Shown: positions 51,826-64,000 of the stretch, piece after piece | Position numbering within the stretch: position 1 is the stretch's first letter | How the letters are laid out: each line of letters opens with the position of its first letter | DNA from: Octopus sinensis | Lineage: Eukaryota | Assembly: GCF_006345805.1 (NCBI RefSeq) | Contig: NC_043002.1 | Span: 33,418,001-33,482,000, forward strand | DNA length: 64,000 nucleotides | Direction of reading: 5' to 3' | Notes under the pieces: generated by a model | The model's input: the letters and a program-made list of their open reading frames with translations, nothing else | Told to the model about the DNA's origin: nothing | Databases searched by the model: none | Made by a program: the position numbers and the translations under genes

Positions 51826-54142
51826 TGTTTGTGTGTGTGTGTCTTTGTAATTACAGTTCTAAAGTCAGTCTTGTCGCACTACGTGTCACAGTAAGGTTAC
51901 CTAAATATTACATTATAGGTTGAAATGTCAGCGGATACTCAGCTATTTCACACTACAGTACACTGGGCTGGTAGTGCCATTAATCGAACCGTTGGAACCC
52001 ATATTCCTCTAAATCAATGAGAGAATCAAAAAAATATCTATACCCAGGCACCATTAACATTAACGTGCAAGCGTTTTGAACTATTTAATTTTAATTTTTG
52101 TTATTAATGAAAGCATTAAATATTTTCTATATCTAAATTTAAGATATTTATAGCTATATTTTTACTGTCTAATTTAACGTTATCACCCTTGTAGAAAGAA
52201 CTGTTAAATAAGTTAACCGATTCTTTGTACTTGAAGTTACTACATGTTTGTCTTATAGTCAAAAGCTTTTTCATTTATTTTTTGGTTGACGGAAATTAAT
52301 ATTTATTGCAAGATACTATATATTATGTAAAAATTATCTTCTGGTGCAGATATAACAGTTAAATAAGTTAACCAGTTCCTTCTACTTGAAGTCAATAAAT
52401 GTTTGTCCTATAGTCAAAAGTCTTTTCATTTACTTGTTGGTTGATAGAACTTACTATATATTATATAGGAAATAGCTGTCTTTCATCTGAAGGCCTTCAC
52501 ATATGTTAAGTATAATATTTATCGTCTTTTGTGCAGTGTGCTTATCTTACTTTCTGATGAATTACATTAAAGGAAACAAACACAAACATTAAGCTTCCTT
52601 TTATTTACAGAATTAATGAAAACCTTAACTATTCAGCAAACATCAGCGACTACGTGTATTTCTAAACGAGATCAACGTAGCTGAATATATTATAAGCCTG
52701 AGACATTGATATATTTAACTTTTAGCACCATATCGATTGAGATCGACAAAGCGCAAACTGCATTACATTTACTAATAATTGGGTTTACGCCAAGTTAAGG
52801 TCGTTAATGAAATATTAAACCGAATAACATCTTAGACCTACATTTCCAACGTCACACAATGTTAATAGTGAACAATTTATAGTCGTAGCGGCGAATATAG
52901 TGGCGCCTGGTGTTGATCATTATAATGGTTCTTAACCTAGGCGGCAGCACCTCCCTGAAGATGTTGTGAGCTCACAAATGGAGACGCTGTCATGGCACTT
53001 GAAGAGATTTTTTTCTTTTTATTTTTTGAAAAAAAAAGGGGATTTTTAAACCAGGTACAATATTTATATTTAACACATGTTTCAAACCAGAATTTTTTTT
53101 TCATTACAATATCAATAGAACCTTGTGATATAAGTAAGCAAGCATGAGGAGCCAAGGTCTATTAGATGAGGAGCCAATGTCTATTATAATTTTGTTATAT
53201 AAGTCCTAATCTTCTTTAATAATTTTCCCCAAAATTTAATAGAGGGTTGCTAGTGTATACAAATATCTAGAAAGAGACACATGCTGGGAGGGATGGCATC
53301 AGAAAATATGGATAATGAACCACTGAACATCTATTTAATTGAAGGAAATTTTTTAAGCGACTTTTCATTAAAAAAAAGTTACTACATAGAATATTCAAGA
53401 ATCACTGTTCATAATAAGTATTGGACAAAGATTTGAAACCACATACTCATTTTTCATACAAGAATGATCGTTTACGATATATCCCGTTTTCTTACATTTT
53501 ATTTTTTTGAAATCTTTCTTTTTATTTTCTTCCTTCTCTTTTTCTTTTTTCTAAGTTACTTTTCTTCGTTGTATTTCTATCTATATTTTGTATCATTGTT
53601 TTCTTCTTCTTCTTCTTCTTCTTCTACTACTACTACTACTTCTTGCTCACCATTATAACTACTATTATTAAAATTACTACCAGCATCACCTACAATACTA
53701 CCAGCGCCACCACCAAAACTACTACTGCTACTGCTGTTGCTAACATCTTATTAGCCACCATTATTCGAGCTAGATAAAAATAAAAAATTGTGATCGTATA
53801 CGAGTGCGATATTTCTGTTTTAGACGTCTTTAAGTCTGTCACTCAGCGAAATACGTATTAAACTCCTGTGGTGAAATACAATTGTGATGAACAACCGTCC
53901 TATCCCTGAATATAATTCCAGCCGACTGAGTCGCCTTCAAACATCTTACTTTATCTTCCTTCACCATGTTTTCTATTAATATTCCATTCCCATATACAGT
54001 ACATTATAGAAATATAAATCAGTCCCGTATACATTAAGTTATCGATTAGTCAGAAGGAAGAGGCAATGCTCATGGCCCTTTCTAGGACCTGCTGTCTGGT
54101 GGGAAGGAGGGAAGAAGACATCTTCAAATGGGGGAACTTTTA

Positions 54143-54830
54143 TATGTGGCTGCACCCGTTGAAATTTGAAAGTTTAGAGAAATTTTTTTAATTTGGTGTA
54201 TTGATGTAATTTTGCACGCTGAATCTCAGGAGCTTATTCACTTTTTCCAGAAAAAATATTTTAAAAAGTTATAAAGATTTAAAGTTTGATCATTTTTACT
54301 CAGTCAGAAAACAGGATTTGGAACCTATCATTTTATGCGTGACTGCACGTGTTGTCAACTGTAAACAAATTAAATATTGGCGGAATTCTGTTTTATGAAT
54401 CCTTATAACCCCTCATAACTTTTTATTTTTTGGAATTTTCAGAAAATTTTTGCGAAATTGTATCCTACACACAGGAATTCATACGATTATGCGAAAAGGA
54501 ATTGGTGCGTGATTTAAAGCCTATTTAGCTATTGCTTTTAGCACATCTCACGACTGCCTCATCTCTTATGTATTTTAAGCATTTAATATGGGAAAATGCC
54601 TACATAGGTAAGCAGTTTGGGAACAGCTTGGCTTATTACTATGAAAACAGACATCTATTGACGAAAATTGCCTAAAATTAGCAAACTTTAAAAGTTATTA
54701 ACTCTTTATTTATTGATTTATGGCGAAAATGAACTTTATGTCAATGATTACCATACAAAACTGCACCAATACACCGAATATGAAATCGATTGGGACAAAA
54801 ATTGAAGAAATTGAAAAGTGTAGTCAACCA
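54143..54830. mobile_element. old non-autonomous DNA transposon (MITE-like) with long imperfect TIRs
   Basis: Left GTGGCTGCAC...TTTGGTGTATTGATGTAATTTTG matches the reverse complement of right CAAAACTGCACCAATACACCGAA...GTGTAGTCAAC. Confidence 0.5.
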
Positions 54831-55777
54831 GAAAAGAACCCAAGTAGGAGACATAGTTGCCTTATATGGTCTACTTCGCTAAAGGTACTCAGGGCCCAGA
54901 CTTGGCAACTGAATGGTTCTGGGCAAATGGAAATGGTAATTGCAATAATAGAAAGTACTTTCCTCTTCTCGTTCCCTACACACCAATAAAAGCCCATTTA
55001 CCTATTCGTCTATTACATTTTCTTCTTCTTCTTCTTCTTCTTCTTCTTCTTCTTCTTCTTCTTCTTCTTCTTCTTCTTCTTCTTCTTCTTCTACATCCTT
55101 CTTTTCCTCGTGGTGAATCTTTTCTGTCAGAAGATGGCTTCAACCTCGTTCAATAACAAAATGTAACATAGTTTTAAACACACTGTGTTCCCCCATTTCC
55201 TTCCTCCTCCTTTACTTTGCCTACACGAAGCACCGTTTGCCTCAATAAAGCATCTCCACCACCACCCTCGAGAGCCTTTCCCACTCCTCTTTTACATTTG
55301 ATTATCAGTTGACAAAAAAAAATCATACAATAAATAAGTGTTAAGATACACAAAAAACCCATTTTCGCAAGTCTCCTTCAAAACTGCTGCAGACGAAACA
55401 ATTATACATAAGTACGTACGTACATAAACACATACATACATACATACATACATACATACATACATACATACATACATACATACGTACGTACATACATACA
55501 CACATACATACATACGTACGTAAAACGTACATGCATACATACGTACGTACATACGTACGTACATACATACATACATGTACATACATACATACATACATAC
55601 ATACATACATACATACATACATACATACATACATACATACATACATACGGATTAGCATATATACAAAGACATATGTACATATATATTTGCACTCATCTTC
55701 AAATATACACACACACATACACACGTAGAAACATAAGCAAACGCACGCATACCAAGCACACACACTGACATAAACAA

Positions 55778-55815
<38 letters not shown>

Positions 55816-56244
55816 ACACACATACTCAAACACGAACATATAACATAAAAACGCAAAGTCAGGGAGGTCAGATGGTGAGATGAAGCGGACATGCAATATA
55901 AATATCGCCTGCTTTACATCAATGTCATGTAAAGAAAATGTTAAATGCAAGTTTAACGCTTGTTAGCAGCTCTCTCGAACGTCTGCATACCAATTGCAGA
56001 TAACTTGCATGAATGTATGATAACTGCAACAGATGGTGCACTCAGAAGGGGGCAAAGTTGTTTTACATTCTGAAATGATGAAGCATCATAACAACCTTTT
56101 GGAAACAAACACCGGTTGTTTCCCCTTATTCTCACTCACTGTGACGCTTTGTTTTCACACATACGCACGCATACACACGCACACACACACACAAATATAT
56201 ATGTGTGTTTGTGTGTGTGTTACATATGTATATATTTAGGCTTG

Positions 56245-56287
<43 letters not shown>

Positions 56288-56292
<5 letters not shown>

Positions 56293-56751
56293 GTATGTGT
56301 GGAATTTCTACCTGTGTTATATACAAATGCATATTTAATTACGAATATATACTTACATACGCACATATATACGCATATACACACACACATATACACAGAC
56401 ACACACACACCCGTATATTTATATATATATACACACACACATATATATATATATGTATGTATATATATATATGTGTGTGCGTGTGTGTCTATGTATGTAT
56501 ATGTATGTATATATATATATATATTATATATAAAGGTATGTGTGGAATTTCTACCTGTGTTTATATACAAATGCATATTTAATTACGAATATATACTTAC
56601 ATACGCACATATATACGCATATACACACACACACATATACACAGACACACACACACCCGTATATTTATATATATATACACACACACATATATATATATAT
56701 GTATGTATATATATATATATGTGTGTGCGTGTGTGTCTATGTATGTATATG

Positions 56752-56770
<19 letters not shown>
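56288..56770. repeat. tandem duplication of a ~242-bp unit bounded by (TA)n
   Basis: AAGGTATGTGTGGAATTTCTACCTGTG starts at ~56290 and ~56532. Confidence 0.9.
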
Positions 56771-56803
<33 letters not shown>

Positions 56804-57234
56804 GGTGAACGTTCTCCTCCACATGAAAGATAATAAAATGCTGTAAGCTATTTCTATTTCTCTTCAGGTATCTTTCTTCCTCCCAGTCTCATCTTATTTT
56901 TACTTCTTACTCTTTTTCTCTCCCTCCCCCCTCTCTCTTCCTCTCTCATTATATAAGTATGTGTGTGTGTATGCGCGCACGTACGTGTGCGTATACCTAT
57001 GCACGATTACGTTTATCTGCGTGTATCTTTACATTTTCATAATCGTTTTTACGCAGCAAGCAAAGAAGAACTCTTTCCACTGTTTCTCGCGATTTATATA
57101 AATATTCCTTTGCATTTGTATACAGTAACCTCTGCTTGTTTATCGCAATTAACTAGAGGAGCTAACAAGCATGATGAAGTGTTAACTTCTCAATATATAA
57201 AGAAATTTTTATAATAATACAAAAATTTAAATAT

Positions 57235-58080
57235 GCAGGCATGGCTGAGTAATAGGAAGTTCGCCTTGCAATCACGTGGTTTGGAGTTCAATCCCACTGT
57301 GCGGTACCTTGGGCGAGTACCTACTATTATAGCCCTGCACCGATCAATTAGATTGAATTTCCTATACGGAACCTGTGTGGCGTCGAACCAATTCTACTAT
57401 ATGGCTCAGAAACCTGAACGTTATCAAAGAAGCTTGAGAGGCGGTTGGATGGAACTTTATGAGAGCTCAAAATCTCTCGTAGAAGCGCCATCCAACCAAA
57501 GTACAAATATATGGGAAACTACCACTTGTATCATCTCTTGTGAAAGGTAGAAGAGTCCAGTTTGCTGGACATTGTTGTAGAGCTGAAAACGAGGTAATTT
57601 CTACTCTTCTCCTCTGGAAGCCATCTACTCGCAACACCAGAGGGTGCACACTCTCCTACCCTGATGTAATCTCCAGGGATACAGGCATCCAGCAACAGGA
57701 CCTCCGTAATGTTATGATGGACTGTGAGGTCTGGCGTGGCACGGTAAATTCCATTGCCTCGACCACGATCGAACAATGATGATGATGATGATGATGATGC
57801 ACATATGTGTGTGTATGTGTGTATGTATGTATGTATGTATGTATGTATGTATGTATATATATGTATACATATTTATGTTCATGTGCATGTGTGCATGTGT
57901 ATGTTTGTGTTTCGTTCCACCATCGCTTGACAAGTGGTGTTAGTTTGTAAATGTCCTCGTTCATCAAAGGAGATCGAAAATATAAGTGGTAGGGTCAATT
58001 TATTCGGCTAAGCCCCTTTAAGGCAGCGCTCCAGCTTAGATGTAGTTTCCGTGACTGAAACAAATAAAAGATAAAAGATA
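57235..58080 (+). mobile_element. old SINE family 1 copy interrupted by an RTE fragment
   Basis: Head at 57235-57380 and 3' half at 57900-58080. Confidence 0.7.
57382..57798 (+). mobile_element. RTE-clade LINE 3'-terminal fragment with (TGA)n tail
   Basis: VEPILLYGSET*TLSKKLERRLDG...RRVQFAGHCCR...LLLWKP...MMDCEVWR...EQ* followed by (TGA)n. Confidence 0.85.
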
Positions 58081-58371
58081 TATGTGTGCTTATAGCAAAG
58101 AATCAATAGTGTGTATAGAATTTATACTCTTGATTGCACACTGTGTACTATAGTAAGTTGGTAATGTAAACGCAGCACCTCACCTGTGGAATCTGGCATT
58201 TCCCTCATATCGTAGATTTAGCTAACTCACTGGTGAAACAGCTGACCACAAGCTGACGAATGTACGTATGGTAAAGGGCCAGTATTGGCATGACTTTATA
58301 CTTTTACACATATATAACAGATAGGTTCGAATCATTTCAGCGTTACTATATATATATATATATATATATAT

Positions 58372-58575
58372 AAAGTTAATCCAAACAAGAAAGCACAAAA
58401 AACACAACGCGAGGACGTGGAACAAATATAGTATTATTGGACGCTCAGGAAAGAAGGAAAGTAGGAGGGATTAACGTTTCGAGCGGAGCTCTTCGTCGCA
58501 AACATAGGAGAAGGAAAGATCCAGAGAAGGGAAGACAGAGGGAAAAAAATCGCCAACGGTACACGCGCGGTCACA
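58372..58575 (-). mobile_element. Penelope-like terminal fragment (family H2) with HHR-like motif at 58469-58503
   Basis: Minus strand GTTT-GCGACGA-A-GAGC/TCC/GCTC-GAAA-CG-TT^-AATC. It shares the TTCCTGAGCGT motif with family H1 and ends in (TA)n. Confidence 0.55.
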
Positions 58576-59073
58576 AAGAGAGAGAGAGAGAGAGGGGGGC
58601 TATGAGAGGTAAAGGTGTCAATAAGACCCAAAGGTGTCAGGTAATGCTGAGTAAGTGCTATGAACAGACTATAGTTAAGCTCCACACCCTCACTTCCCCA
58701 TTCTTACTATCAATTTATCTTGACTGACCACTAACCAGTACACTTTCTCTCCCCGCTTTTCATTTTTCTTTTCTTTTCTTTATTCCTCTCTCCTTGTTTT
58801 CGATTTGACCTTACAAATACATTCCCAACTTTTAGGTCACTTTAAATATAACCCTCGATTCAATAACACTGCGTACAAACTCTATACTTGGAATGTCCCA
58901 TTTTAAATACTATTGGAACTTACTCACAAGGTATTGAAATCTTATATGTATACCATTCTGAAATATCAGATGTAATATCCCTGCATATCTCACGTCTATT
59001 TTCATTCCTCCACTTCACTCTCTATTTCATATCTTATCTAAAATAACTATTGCTTAACTATTTTCTCACGCCG

Positions 59074-59119
59074 TCTCCGAAGAAGGGATATATAAAATAT
59101 CCTCGAAACAGCTGTAAGA
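59074..59119 (+). ncRNA. minimal type I hammerhead ribozyme motif (U4C variant)
   Basis: TCT-CCGAAGA-A-GGGATAT/ATAAA/ATATCCTC-GAAAC-AGCT-GTA^-AGA with a palindromic loop III. (TA)n begins ~70 nt downstream. Confidence 0.65.
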
Positions 59120-60571
59120 GCTTTTATTTATAAATATCCTAAAATCTTTCACAGCCTTGGATTTTTATCTCATTCTGAAAATTTTATATATATATATATA
59201 TTATATAATGGGCAAACTAAATATATTACAAGAAAACTCAGAAGAAAAGAGTAGAAAGGGTAATTTTTCAAAATGTTATCCTTCAGCAAGCAGTAAAGAA
59301 AAATGATGTTCATTGTATGGTTATCGATAGCGAATACCAACAGCTCGACTAGCAACGCGATTATCGTTCCCGATTGATTTCTAATAGCTAGATCTTGGAA
59401 AACTAGACTTTTCATTTCTCAAAGCAATTAAATTTATAGACACTCATCAAGTCTCCTTTAATTTAACTGTTGTCAATGCTTATCATCTCAAATATCTTTT
59501 GTTTCTGGTTGTTGGTCTTCATAATTGATTGCCTGCATCGTCGTTTAGCCGATGTTAATGCAAAACACTCTCGTGTATCTGTTACACTGTACAACCTGTC
59601 TCATGGCTGGGCAGTCCATGACTAACAAGCTTACGTATCATGGTTTCTTTCTCGACCGATCCTACTTTGTTATGTATTACTCTTCAGGTCTTACATACGT
59701 GTGAGTTTGAACACGCATAATTATTTATGCATTTGTGTGCATAATTGTACATTCTTAGTTACATATGTGTTTTCGTCAATCTGTATGCGTATTTATGCAT
59801 TCGTCGCTATGTTCGTGTATATGAGCGTATATGTGTTTTATTGCATATATTTATCTTTGATTGAGTACATTTTGTCTATAGTACATGTGTTTAATACATA
59901 TACGTGAGTATATTTGTATACACGTTGCAGTGTTGCCCTAGGCTTGTATAAATATTTACTCCTTATATCTGTATTTGCCCAGTTATACAGAGGGTAGCAT
60001 TGTCCCACCAACCTAGACCTGGCTTGCTTACAACAATCACATGAAACTATGGCGAATTCAATTAAAATGTCTTTCAAACACTAAATCGTTTTTGTTGTTT
60101 TTTTTCTCAACTGTTTTTTCCTTCCAATTCTTCTACTCCACTCCATCTCCTTTATTACAATTCTACCTTTTTTCTATAATTATTATTCCTTTCTTCTTTC
60201 ATCCAAACGCCCCGCACACGCACGCACACTCACGCACACTCACGCACACACACTCACGCACATAAACATACATATATGCATATAGCAAACATATATATAT
60301 ACATACGCACATACGCTCACGCATACAAGCATGTGTATAAATATACTTCTAGATATACACGTTCTCACACATATATATATAAATATATATATGTACATGT
60401 ATATATATATATATAGGTATGTATGCATATATGTATGCATTTATGCATGTATGTATGCATGCATGCATGTAACATGAACAGTAGAAAGACAAAACTTATC
60501 AGCAATGCCTTATCTCAGATATATATAATATATATATATATATATTATATATATATATATATGTATATGCA

Positions 60572-60651
<80 letters not shown>

Positions 60652-61122
60652 AATATATATATATATATACATATATATAATATACACACACATATTCGAG
60701 AGAATATCGCCTACTTGTATGTATATGGTATATGTATGTGTATGTGTACAGGCGTACATATACACATACAAACCTACGTATAGGCACACCTGCATGTATA
60801 CTTAATACATACGTGCATTTAGTCTTATTGCATTAATAGACCATAAGATTAATAGACATCATAAGACTTCGTTTCTGTTGGCGGAACCGGAGAGCATCTC
60901 GACTAGTTTCGACTTGTTAAAGCCGTCGTCCTATCACAGACGTCTTTTCATGTGTGTCCTACAAACAGATTTAATGGATGATAAAAGCAAAATCTAGATA
61001 GCATTCACGATGCATAGCAAACTCAGAAATTTGGGGAAGTTCTATTTTCCATATAGACATATATGAGAGAGCTGTCCAAATGCGCACACAAAGAGAGTAA
61101 CTTACATGCACACGCACATAGC

Positions 61123-61153
<31 letters not shown>

Positions 61154-61673
61154 GCCTTTCTATAGCGAATAACCTGCAGCCTACAACCTAGCAATCTCTT
61201 GAACGTAGTGTCAACTTGGAGGGAAATAGCAAGACAGTCTATCGATTGATAGAAATGTAACCAGTTGATGACTGCATTGCTGTCGTTAGTCTATCGCACT
61301 CTACCTATTTCACACTCTCTTTCTATCTATATCTATATATCTCATTCTATCTTGCCCTCTTTCACTCTGTCTCTCCCTCTCTTTCTTTTTCTTGCACTCC
61401 ACCTCTCTGTCTACCCTTATAAGCACATAAACATGTATGAATGAATGAATGTATGTATGCTTGTATGCATGTGTGTGCATGTATAGCCGTGTTCACGTGT
61501 GTCTACGTGCTTGTATATTGACATCTATGTATGTATCTATTTGTACATGCGTAAAGGTATGTTTGTATGTATAAATGTATGTATGAATTTATATACTTAT
61601 ATGTGTTATTTCCTCACTTATTTTTAAACAAATATTCACACATACACACACATCTCTATCCCATCTCTTTCAG

Positions 61674-61739
<66 letters not shown>

Positions 61740-61748
61740 CATTCATCC

Positions 61749-61800
<52 letters not shown>

Positions 61801-63157
61801 CTAATTATCTATCTATCTATCTGTCTGTCTGTCTGTCTATCTATCTACACACGTGCGCGCACAGCTGTATACTCATTGTCTCTCTATCTTCTCATTTACA
61901 TATCTCTATTTACCCTTCTATCCGATGTTTCTATTTGCCCGTCTAACTATGAATGTATCTATTATTTCTCCCTGTCGATCTAACCATCTTAGTCGTCTGC
62001 TTCTGTACGTCTATGTATTCACATACGCACACTCATACATACACACATACACATGCAAGTGTGTACGCCTAACGTACCCTGGGTAGTAACCCCTAGTCAT
62101 TCTATTCTCTCTCTCTTTTTCTTTCTCTCTCTGTATATTTATATATATGTGCTCGTGCGTGTGTGTGTGTGCATATGCATGTATGTATGCATACATACAT
62201 ATACAAGCAAAGAGAGGAGAGAGCGAGACAAACAGACAAACAGACGGATAATTAGAACATCCTTTCTATCAATTTATCTATCAATAAATCCTCCCACTCT
62301 CGCTTTCTCCCCCTATCTCTCTCTTTCTCCCTCTCCCTCTCTTTCACTCCTCTCTGCTCCATTTTCTTTCTCTATCTCTCTCAATCTTTATCTCTTCCTT
62401 TCTCATTTTGAAACTTTTACATTCAGTTTTCTCTCTCCCTTTTTCTTCTTTTTATCAAATTATCGACTCTGTCTCTTTCCCATTTCCTCTCTCTTTCTCT
62501 CTCTCTCTTCCTCTCTCTCTTTCTCTCTCTCTCTCTCCCTCAGTATGTGTTTTGTGCATTACAACCATTCTCCCGCTCACTCTCACTCCACCTCATTCTA
62601 CAATTGTCGCTTTAAGTCAATCTTTCCCTATCCCACCTTCCTACATTCTCACTCCCACTCTTTCCTATCTACCTGTTATCTCCACCAGCCCCACCCACCA
62701 CGGCTTCCTCCTCTTATACTAACCTTCTCACGCACTAACAACATCTCCTCCTCTCTCTGTTCCTAAATAGCTTTACCTATCAAACATCATTGATGCAACC
62801 AGTTCTAACCGGTTAGGCTGTCGTCTGCTTCTTCCATTTACAGACGACACGGCTGTCTTTTCGTATCGGCTGTATTGGTGAATTGCTGCCTGTACAGTTG
62901 CTGATTAGTGCAGCAGTGTATATAGACATGGAGTTATACAGATGGATAGAATGTTAGGTAGAAAAACAGAGACTGGTAGATAGAGATTTAGGCAGGTAAA
63001 TAGAGATGTAGGAAGGCAATCAGGAAGTTAGACATGTGTATATACAGAGAGGTAAGTAGAAAGAGAGATAAGATTAGGCAAGTAGGTAAGTAGGTATGTA
63101 CAGGTAGGTAGTTAGCGAAATAGAGAGTTAAGTAGGTAAATAGACCGAAGGATAGAC

Positions 63158-63235
<78 letters not shown>

Positions 63236-64000
63236 GCAATGTTGAGTCTGTCACAAATGGAAATCAGAACAGGAAAGTACCGACCTAGAAAACCTATAGC
63301 TTCTTGTACAAATCACAAATTTCTGTACCAATTTCGACATTCACACACACACACACACATACACACTTTCAATATGTCTATATTTACTCTGTCTCTCTCA
63401 ATCTACCTTGTTATAACTATCTTTCTCTTTCGCTGTATGCACAAACACACATACACACAAATACGTAGAAGAAAAAAAATGAAAAAAAGAGAGATAAATA
63501 GATATATCCAGATAGGAGGAGAAATACAAATAGTAAGATAAAGAAATAATGAAAGTAGGTCTGTGTGTTAATGTTGAAACGATGAACGAGGAAAACTAAC
63601 AAAGAGTTAGGAATTCCTCCATTAGGGATCAAAAATATGAAATCAACATAGAGGCGTGAATTTCCTGAAGGGCAACAATTTTATATCTATATATTATTTT
63701 ACTGATGTCAGTCTGTGGACTGCGGCTGTGCTGGGGTATCGGCTTCAAGCTTTGTGGTCGATCGCATCGACGCTACTACTAATTATTTGGAGCTAGTAAA
63801 TATTATATCGATCACTATACATTGAATGGCTAAGTTATCTTTTGAAGTGGAGGGAGACGTGTTCGAATTTAATATACTGTATTTAAGGTATTTCATATTT
63901 CTTCATTAGACGTGTAAGTGCTGTTTCGAGCAATAACATTTGCAAAGCCATTAACCCATCAACGTTTCAAGACCTTTCAGGTACGATTATCAAGAGGAAT

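Overview
AT-rich animal genomic DNA that is extremely rich in microsatellites. The SINE/LINE repertoire and SSR density suggest a coleoid cephalopod (Octopus-like); this is an inference from recalled repeat families, not a search. No intact host protein-coding gene can be supported, and nearly all ORFs in the track are microsatellite artefacts or retroelement fragments. (1) At 1-5810 there is a stack of about eight co-oriented, 5'-truncated non-LTR retroelement copies, each separated by (TAA)n. Six are R4/Dong-like RT+RLE pieces from about three subfamilies and two belong to a non-coding family. (2) Several short, probably Penelope-like (PLE) terminal fragments abut (TA)n tracts and carry minimal type I hammerhead-ribozyme (HHR) motifs of about five sequence families. 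One family has a consistent A6->U core variant, and another occurs as a tandem ~510-bp HHR-bearing unit. (3) There are degraded RTE and CR1/L2-type LINEs and several tRNA-derived SINE families, one sharing its 3' tail with a CR1-like LINE fragment in the window. (4) There are Helentron-type and TIR-type non-autonomous DNA elements. (5) A ~1.87-kb tandem duplication may be an assembly artefact. (6) A possible promoter/first exon lies near 11.5-12.1 kb. All coordinates and alignments were read by eye.
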